DNA from: a virus
Taxonomy: Duplodnaviria > Caudoviricetes
IMG/VR virus record: IMGVR_UViG_3300004774_000007
Coordinates: 1 to 41,458 of that record
Length of the DNA: 41,458 bases
Reading direction: 5' to 3' (one strand)
This document shows positions 35,737-41,458 of this stretch, one piece after another. Both the position numbers and the translations under genes were made by a program. Each line of letters starts with the position of its first letter. Within the stretch, counting starts at the first letter, position 1. The notes beneath the pieces were generated by a model, which did no database searches, was not told the DNA's origin, and worked only from the letters and a program-made list of their open reading frames with translations.

Positions 35737-36020
35737 CAGGCTACAAATCTAAGAAGGCAGCGGCACAAGCCTTGGCACAGCCAGAGCAGGAGCCTGTGGA
35801 GTACTGCACGGCCTATTATTGTGCTGGAGACTGTGGGCAGCCACACAACCAAAAAGAAATGCAAGAGTTTCTTCGGGCACAGCCAGCGCAGGAGCCTGTG
35901 GCGTGGATGAACAAGCACGGGGATTGCAAAAGCGCCGTATTTATAGAAGCAGAAGCAAGCGCTAAAGAAGAATACAACATACCTCTTTACACCAACCAAA
36001 TACTGGAGAAGAACACATGA
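35733..36020 (+). CDS. Hypothetical protein with two AQP(E/A)QEPV modules
   Basis: 26-nt direct repeat at 35774 and 35876; IPLYT motif. Confidence 0.7.
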   Translation: MTGYKSKKAAAQALAQPEQEPVEYCTAYYCAGDCGQPHNQKEMQEFLRAQPAQEPVAWMNKHGDCKSAVFIEAEASAKEEYNIPLYTNQILEKNT

Positions 36021-36166
36021 AGCAGGTCAAAATTTTTGTTGGCGTTGATGATTACGAAGTTGGTTTGTTGTTTACATGGAATGAGTCTGAAAACGCATGG
36101 GTCTGCAAAATGGATGATGACTTTATGCAAGAACTTGGGCCTTTGCTTTTGGAGGAAAAACCATGA
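36017..36166 (+). CDS. 49-aa hypothetical protein (absent from the track)
   Basis: MKQVKIFVGVDDYEVG...; GGAG RBS; ATGA overlaps. Confidence 0.6.
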   Translation: MKQVKIFVGVDDYEVGLLFTWNESENAWVCKMDDDFMQELGPLLLEEKP

Positions 36167-36330
36167 AAATCGTTGAAATTAAAGATTACGCATATCCCTG
36201 CATGATGGCAGAAAAAGCAGTTAAAAACGTTTACGAATTAATGCTAAAAAACGATTCTGATAAAGCAATAGAACAATGTAATATTGCAATGCAAGAAATA
36301 ATCAACATCATTAATGCTATCAAAAAATGA
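36163..36330 (+). CDS. 55-aa hypothetical protein (absent from the track)
   Basis: MKIVEIKDYAYPCMMAEKA...; GGAGG RBS. Confidence 0.65.
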   Translation: MKIVEIKDYAYPCMMAEKAVKNVYELMLKNDSDKAIEQCNIAMQEIINIINAIKK

Positions 36331-36358
36331 GCTTTACCCCAAGAAACGATAACTCCAA

Positions 36359-36694
36359 ATGCTCAAATCTAACCACGGAATTATAAGAACGCTTTTAAAA
36401 AAACATAATGATGGCTTAACTACTATGGAAGTATCATTAATTTTAGAAAAAGACTCAAACCATATTAGGCAAGCTCTAAGAACAATGCCCGATACCTACA
36501 TAGATCGTTGGACACAAGCACAGTACCAAAATCCTTCAGAGGCTGTATGGTGCATAGTTGTCCCACCAGAAGATTGTCCTAAACCTGAAAGGAAGAAAAG
36601 TGAAAGACCTACCAAACTTCGCAGCGTGGAGCAACGAGAACTTAGCCAAATTCTGCATGGATTCGTACATCAGAATGCAAGAACAACAAGCTGA
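36359..36694 (+). CDS. Winged-HTH-like hypothetical protein
   Basis: IR.LL....DGLT..., L..MPD.YIDRW, AVWC.V.PPEDCP.P. Confidence 0.65.
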   Translation: MLKSNHGIIRTLLKKHNDGLTTMEVSLILEKDSNHIRQALRTMPDTYIDRWTQAQYQNPSEAVWCIVVPPEDCPKPERKKSERPTKLRSVEQRELSQILHGFVHQNARTTS

Positions 36695-36779
36695 TATACA
36701 AGAACTTAAATTGTCTCTTAAAGAAGTGTCAGAGGAAATAACGGATATCCTGGCAATCATTAAAAAACATTTCGATTAA
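36600..36779 (+). CDS. Coiled-coil hypothetical protein (59 aa)
   Basis: GTG start after AGGAAG; PNFAAWS.ENL.KF. Confidence 0.6.
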   Translation: MKDLPNFAAWSNENLAKFCMDSYIRMQEQQADIQELKLSLKEVSEEITDILAIIKKHFD

Positions 36780-36802
36780 AAAAGGGGGCCAATGCCCCCT
36801 TC
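36778..36802 (-). terminator. Intrinsic terminator at the convergence of early and late transcription
   Basis: AAGGGGGC-CAAT-GCCCCCTT with an A6 flank (U-tail on the minus strand). Confidence 0.8.
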
Positions 36803-36820
36803 TCAATCCATTGAGTTAAA

Positions 36821-37102
36821 TTACTCAACGCACTTTTCTACTTCTTCGCACTCATACCAATCGTCAGACTCTTCGTCGTAGAAGTACCAAACTTCATTCT
36901 CTTCGTCAAACCAGTACGCAACGCCTTCGTCGTCAAACTCGTACTCTTCGTCTTCTTGCTCGTCGTCTTGCTCGTCTTCTTCTTCCTCTATTTCATCCAC
37001 AAATCGAACAAAATCGTTCAACATTGCCAGCTTCCAGAAAGAATCGGTAGAAATTTCAACGCTCTCACCGAAACCAAAGTTAATAGTCATCTCAAATTCC
37101 AT
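36821..37102 (-). CDS. Extremely acidic 93-aa protein
   Basis: 39 D/E versus 3 K/R; AGGAG RBS. Confidence 0.75.
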   Translation of the reverse strand: MEFEMTINFGFGESVEISTDSFWKLAMLNDFVRFVDEIEEEEDEQDDEQEDEEYEFDDEGVAYWFDEENEVWYFYDEESDDWYECEEVEKCVE

Positions 37103-37168
37103 GATCTGCTCCTAAAAATTGATGTAGCACCGCGCTACAAACACATCTTAGCTCATGTAAATTACAGA

Positions 37169-38152
37169 CTAATACTTAGAAACGTTTATTACGTTTCCAC
37201 GGAATTCAATGTGATTTTTGTCAAAAACCTGTACAAGTTCCGGCTGCAACAAGTGTCCTTTCCAAATTGTGAGAATGGCAAAACCACTTCTCCAGTTGGT
37301 AGGGTTGTCTTCTAGGTAATCAATGAATTGCGGGCCTACAGGGTCTGCAAGCGTTCCTGTGTCTACTCCATACCGAGTGCCGTTAAGATCGCTAAAAGGG
37401 GCTACCTTGAGGCTGTGGAGGTGTCCTGTGACGTAGCTCTTGCCGGACATTACCGAGTTGTTATAAACTGCGTGTATTCCACCCTTCCAACGATGTTTAA
37501 TTACTACATCATCAGTCGCCCAGCAAGACCAGGCTGGAGTCCACGCTTGAAAATGATCTTTAAGCGTAAAGCCTTTTATGTGTGCAAACTCAGGCACACG
37601 ATTCGCCAACGTATTCTCAAAGCGAGCATCATGGTTCCCAAGCGTCCAGATCAACTTGCATTGACTATTGCCTTCTTTGGCTGCTGTTTCTATCTCTTCC
37701 AACGAAGCTTCACAAGCTTTTAGCTCTCCAATCAAGCTAGGCTTACTGTCCCATCCAATACGAGGGAATCGGGATATGGAAGCACCGTCAAACGCATCAC
37801 CGTTATTGATTACTGCTCGGGGTTTGAATTCTTTAATAGCCCACAAAAGACCTTTGAAAGCTGTAGACCGGATACCAGGCCAAAAGTGTGCATCACTAAA
37901 AACGATTACTTGTCCGTTAAGTAATCCAAGATTTGTACGGACATTGTACGGAACTGTTACATAGTCCTTTTGGTACTTCAGACCTCTAAAGTCCTCGGCT
38001 TGAAGAACAATGTTTCTTTTATTTTCTATGGTTCTACGTCTGGTATTTGCTCTACGTTCACTTATTCCAATAATTTCCGAAACTTTTTTTGCAGAACGGT
38101 GTTCATTCCATAGCTCTATAAAAACATCTTCGGAACAAGCTTCCTGTGGCAT
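37169..38152 (-). CDS. Calcineurin-like metallophosphoesterase with an N-terminal HTH-like segment
   Basis: SDAH, GDAFD, GNHD, H and GHLH motifs. Confidence 0.9.
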   Translation of the reverse strand: MPQEACSEDVFIELWNEHRSAKKVSEIIGISERRANTRRRTIENKRNIVLQAEDFRGLKYQKDYVTVPYNVRTNLGLLNGQVIVFSDAHFWPGIRSTAFKGLLWAIKEFKPRAVINNGDAFDGASISRFPRIGWDSKPSLIGELKACEASLEEIETAAKEGNSQCKLIWTLGNHDARFENTLANRVPEFAHIKGFTLKDHFQAWTPAWSCWATDDVVIKHRWKGGIHAVYNNSVMSGKSYVTGHLHSLKVAPFSDLNGTRYGVDTGTLADPVGPQFIDYLEDNPTNWRSGFAILTIWKGHLLQPELVQVFDKNHIEFRGNVINVSKY

Positions 38153-38210
38153 ACAAACCTTTCGGAGTTAATTCCGGTTTATAACCTATTTACGTTGCAT
38201 AAATAAGTTT

Positions 38211-38639
38211 TTACGAATAAATTTTTGTACCCTGCTTATCAATGATTAAAACTTGATTGCGAGGTTTGCCTTTTGGATCGTTGGGTACGCTGATGTGAGT
38301 CCAGCTATCAAACTCTCTAATTAGCTGGTCAAAAGGCAGTTTTGCAGCAATAATTGCTTTCACTACTTGGTCTGGAGTCATGCCTGGTACTCGGATGTCA
38401 GCAGCACAACCAACTCGATGTTGGCTTGTATCCTTGCTTCCTACGGCATCATTGACCTGTTTAGACCGAAAGGCAGAATTAACAATCACTGGCTTACCAT
38501 CAAGCGCAGTCTTGACTTGCTCTAACAATTCTGCCACTCGAACTAAGTTTGCTTTTTCTTCAGCGTTTGGCGTATTGTCAAACTGCCGATGGTCGGTAAC
38601 AGTTAGTTCTTCAAGGGTAAAGTGTTCGGTTAAGTTCAC
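38211..38639 (-). CDS. Peptidase M15-family endolysin
   Basis: HFTLEEL, NSAFRS..VN.AVG....SQH..G.AADI and WTHIS. Confidence 0.9.
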   Translation of the reverse strand: MNLTEHFTLEELTVTDHRQFDNTPNAEEKANLVRVAELLEQVKTALDGKPVIVNSAFRSKQVNDAVGSKDTSQHRVGCAADIRVPGMTPDQVVKAIIAAKLPFDQLIREFDSWTHISVPNDPKGKPRNQVLIIDKQGTKIYS

Positions 38640-39043
38640 TTTGAAGCCACACCTTGAATTTTTTCAGCAGTACGCATACCACCCAAACCAAGCATACCTA
38701 AAAGTAAAGGCATCATAGTTCCGGTGTCCATCTGTGGAAACTTTACAGGATGTCCTGCCAAAGCAGAACCCCATTCAGCCAATGGGCCAACAACAAACTG
38801 CACTGCAAAGCCTGCACTGCAAACCCAGCCAATGCTAGGACGCCAACCGGATACAAAGACGCTCGAGCTTCCAGCTTCAATCTTATTGATGTCCATTTGT
38901 CCTGCAAGCTGGGCTAATTCACCCGACTGCTGGAGCTTCATCAATTCAAGCTTGGCTGCTGCTTGTTGGGCAGGATCAGGAAAAACTCGGTCTAATACTT
39001 TGCCACCAATGTCAAGCAATGCGGATACAGGATCAAGAGCCAT
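38636..39043 (-). CDS. Holin, 3TM gene-transfer-agent type
   Basis: INKIEA.S.S.FVSGWRP.IGWVC and LLGMLGLGGMRT.EK. Confidence 0.88.
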   Translation of the reverse strand: MALDPVSALLDIGGKVLDRVFPDPAQQAAAKLELMKLQQSGELAQLAGQMDINKIEAGSSSVFVSGWRPSIGWVCSAGFAVQFVVGPLAEWGSALAGHPVKFPQMDTGTMMPLLLGMLGLGGMRTAEKIQGVASK

Positions 39044-39275
39044 TTGGCTTCCCTTCTTCTATGTGTGAACCTACTTTAAGGCCCGAAAGCCAACCAATCA
39101 AACCACCAATAATGGTCTGAAATGCTGGGGATATGATTTCAAAGATTGCCTTGTTGTCTACTTCTTTAACAAACAACCCATGTATTAAAGCACCTATTAA
39201 TGAAAGAACAACGATGCAAAGTGTCGCGGTAACCATGTAAGTTACGACAGAAACCAACTTGTCTTTATCATTCAT
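39033..39275 (-). CDS. Two-TM membrane protein in the lysis cluster
   Basis: Two hydrophobic helices; PAFQTIIGG.IG.L.G motif. Confidence 0.7.
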   Translation of the reverse strand: MNDKDKLVSVVTYMVTATLCIVVLSLIGALIHGLFVKEVDNKAIFEIISPAFQTIIGGLIGWLSGLKVGSHIEEGKPNGS

Positions 39276-39586
39276 CTTGCTTTCTCCATAATCTTGGCCC
39301 TTAAAGCTGGGCTATCCGATGTTCCTGCCCACTCTGGCAAATTGTTCCAAATAAGCGTGTAGTCATCCACGCTACACTTTGACTTATCTAACCATGTCAG
39401 CATGACTTTATGGCGTTCTGCTGGGTCATGCGTTGACCAGGCAATGGCATATAACTCCTGTATAGCGCAACTCGTCTGCCTTGGCTTTGGCTTTGGCAAT
39501 GGAGGAGGAGGCTCCGTAGACAGTATTAACTTGTCCTGTGCTGCCGATACCGTTACCAACATTAAAAGTAAAAATAAACGGCGCAT
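39272..39586 (-). CDS. Secreted/periplasmic protein with signal peptide in the lysis cluster
   Basis: MRRLFLLLMLVTVSAA signal, Pro-rich linker, two Cys. Confidence 0.65.
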   Translation of the reverse strand: MRRLFLLLMLVTVSAAQDKLILSTEPPPPLPKPKPRQTSCAIQELYAIAWSTHDPAERHKVMLTWLDKSKCSVDDYTLIWNNLPEWAGTSDSPALRAKIMEKAR

Positions 39587-39593
39587 TCATAAT

Positions 39594-39830
39594 CTACTTA
39601 AAGCCGTGCTGTTTAGCAGAATCAAGAATGATGTAACCAATACCTACAACCAACATCCAAATCAACGAAGTTAAAGTCTTCTCGATGATTGCTTTACGAA
39701 GGGATATTGATTGAGCTTCTTTCTCAATAGCCATCCTAACCCAACGTTGTTCATCATCTGTCAAAGAATTAACAGCTTTGATATGGAGCATTAACTCCGC
39801 TATGAATTCAGCACGTTCTTCAGGTGACAT
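39594..39830 (-). CDS. Small protein with a C-terminal TM helix (holin/antiholin-like)
   Basis: AGGA RBS; LIWMLVVGIGYIIL. Confidence 0.65.
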   Translation of the reverse strand: MSPEERAEFIAELMLHIKAVNSLTDDEQRWVRMAIEKEAQSISLRKAIIEKTLTSLIWMLVVGIGYIILDSAKQHGFK

Positions 39831-39838
39831 GATCGTTC

Positions 39839-41437
39839 CTATCGGGTTGGAGGCGCTATACCACGGAAGCCCTGTCCACCACCGGTAGACCCTTGCGTTC
39901 CACGACCATAGCCAACTTTGTTAGCGTATTCTAGCCTTTTGCCAAACTCTTTTAATTGCTCTTGAGTCTCTCCAAGAGGCTTAGAGTAAGTAGCTGCTTG
40001 ATATGCAACCTGGGCTGGTGCGGAAGCTCCTGCAAGCAATGATCCACCTAGTAAACCTAGATTACTAAAATCACCTGTTTCCTTGCCTTCTTTATAAGCA
40101 GACATAGCACCCAAAGCAGCAAGAGAAACACCAGCGGCACTAGCCAAAGCGCCAAGTGAAGCAAATCCTTTTTGAGCTTTAGCAATTTCTGCTGGAGAGG
40201 ATGCAGTTTTAAGCTTGTCAGACCAATATGAATGAGCTTTGCTTACGTCTTCAGCGGTAGGCTTGTAATCAAAATTGCCTTTTTCATTAATTGCATGATT
40301 TGTTCCAAGAGCTTCATTCCAAAAATTAAGCAAATTTTGCTTGGGTTCTGGAAATCCACCTTTAGAAGTGCCAGCGGTTTTTACTTTTTTACCAGCCTCA
40401 TTAAAAACATCTTCAGCATAAGTTCCGTAACTAAGCTTTACGCCTTCAGGCAACGTATTTTCAAAATGCCTTAAAAGTGCTTTTGCCTCTTCAGGACTTT
40501 TGCCATATTGCATATGTTGCAAAACACTTCGTTGTTCACTAGTAAATGCTTTTTTGTCTGCATCACTAAACAACGGCATCTTTTCTTTTACTGCTTTTTC
40601 TGCTGTTGCTTTTTGTTCTTCCGTTGGAATAACAGGAGCATTTGTTCCTTCAGGTGGAGGTGCAGCATTAGTTGCAGCAACTGGAGGTGTAATTTTTTCT
40701 TCTGGATTTAATGCTTGTTGCATTGCAGCAATACCAGGATTTGTATCAGTTGGTTTAACTACGCTAACAGGCACATTTTCAACTTTTGGTGCAACAGGCG
40801 TAACCGGAGGCGTTTCAGGGCCTACTGGAGGCACTGGTTCGTAAGGAGTAGGATTAGGGTTGTACCTTGGGCCAAATTGTCTTTTAATAAAGTCTTCTTT
40901 TGTTTCTGCTCCAGTGCCAGATGCAAGCAGCTTGTCTTTCATTGCTTGAACTGGATTAACTGTTTCTGCTGTTTGAGTTGGTGCAGGTGTTGGAGCCATA
41001 TCAAGCATTGGCTCGCTAATTACAGGCTTGTTAGAAACGTTTAAATCAGGTTCAACTTTTGCAAACAATTCACTTTCAGGAGCTGCTGTAGGTTGCTTGC
41101 CAAAGAATTTTTCTTTTAAATTTTTGTATACGGCTTGACCACCTTTATAAGCTAAATATGCTTCAGGAACAGCTAAAGGATTTTCTTTCATGTAATTGAA
41201 AGCACCTTGCCCAAGATTTCCCGCTTGAGATGCAAGATCACTAGTAATGCCAGGAATTAGTTTTGCAGATTCAGTAAGGTCTGGAGAAGTAAGTTGTTCT
41301 AATCTTTGAACATCAGTCTCTTTGTTTTGTTTTGCACGTTTTGTAACATCAGGAAAGTCAGTTGGTTTTGGCAAAAGACTTGATCCTTCAGCAGAAGTTG
41401 AATCTACAGGTGTAGCAGTGCTTAAATCAAAAGCCAT
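39839..41437 (-). CDS. Putative internal virion/ejection protein (532 aa)
   Basis: Follows the 550-aa gene across the circular junction by TAATG overlap; Pro-rich middle; hydrophobic A/G/L C-terminal segments. Confidence 0.6.
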   Translation of the reverse strand: MAFDLSTATPVDSTSAEGSSLLPKPTDFPDVTKRAKQNKETDVQRLEQLTSPDLTESAKLIPGITSDLASQAGNLGQGAFNYMKENPLAVPEAYLAYKGGQAVYKNLKEKFFGKQPTAAPESELFAKVEPDLNVSNKPVISEPMLDMAPTPAPTQTAETVNPVQAMKDKLLASGTGAETKEDFIKRQFGPRYNPNPTPYEPVPPVGPETPPVTPVAPKVENVPVSVVKPTDTNPGIAAMQQALNPEEKITPPVAATNAAPPPEGTNAPVIPTEEQKATAEKAVKEKMPLFSDADKKAFTSEQRSVLQHMQYGKSPEEAKALLRHFENTLPEGVKLSYGTYAEDVFNEAGKKVKTAGTSKGGFPEPKQNLLNFWNEALGTNHAINEKGNFDYKPTAEDVSKAHSYWSDKLKTASSPAEIAKAQKGFASLGALASAAGVSLAALGAMSAYKEGKETGDFSNLGLLGGSLLAGASAPAQVAYQAATYSKPLGETQEQLKEFGKRLEYANKVGYGRGTQGSTGGGQGFRGIAPPTR

Positions 41438-41458
41438 TATTTCACCTCAATAAATTGT
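41142..41458. repeat. Imperfect terminal direct repeat, right copy
   Basis: Ungapped match to 1-317. Confidence 0.95.

Larger units (their letters stand above)
1..41458. mobile_element. Apparently complete circularly permuted tailed phage genome (podovirus-like, P22-type terminase)
   Basis: Packaging, head, tail, lysis and replication genes are all present; the ends overlap by 317 bp; no host housekeeping genes. Confidence 0.95.

Noticed and set aside
296-41437. Alternative genetic code or intron/intein-split genes
   Set aside because: The standard code gives dense full-length genes, and TerL, portal and capsid are uninterrupted
41142-41458. Physical direct terminal repeats of the virion DNA
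   Set aside because: The copies are not identical, lie mid-gene, and the P22-type terminase suggests headful packaging

Overview
The window is essentially one complete dsDNA tailed-phage genome, podovirus-like (no tape measure or sheath gene recognised). It is about 41.1 kb once the 317-bp end overlap is collapsed, and it was opened inside an internal-virion gene. The long minus-strand late operon starts near 25.45 kb and runs down to 1. It carries a GNAT-like protein, probable TerS, P22-type TerL, portal, scaffold, DUF5309-type capsid, adaptor, tail fibres, Gly-rich proteins, nozzle and ejection proteins. It continues across the junction from 41.4 kb into the lysis genes (3TM holin, M15 endolysin), a metallophosphoesterase and an acidic protein. 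A small early island (26.0-27.2 kb, with a GP88-like Cys-rich protein) lies between two structured non-coding blocks. A divergent early/middle region holds a lambdoid-style replication module (YdaU/DUF1376 initiator with internal iterons, SF4 helicase, RusA, Sak-like annealase, SSB). No integrase, DNA polymerase, tRNA or CRISPR was recognised. The host is probably a proteobacterium (inference). The most notable non-coding signals are four. (i) A three-way-junction RNA ahead of the initiator, whose loop is complementary to two tandem sites, one overlapping the initiator Shine-Dalgarno. (ii) A standalone hairpin RNA with a sarcin-ricin/bulged-G motif. (iii) A shared palindromic box 22-23 bp upstream of -10-like hexamers at three early promoters. 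(iv) Two divergent in-frame alleles of an ejection-protein segment at the contig ends. All family calls come from motif recognition by eye, not database searches.
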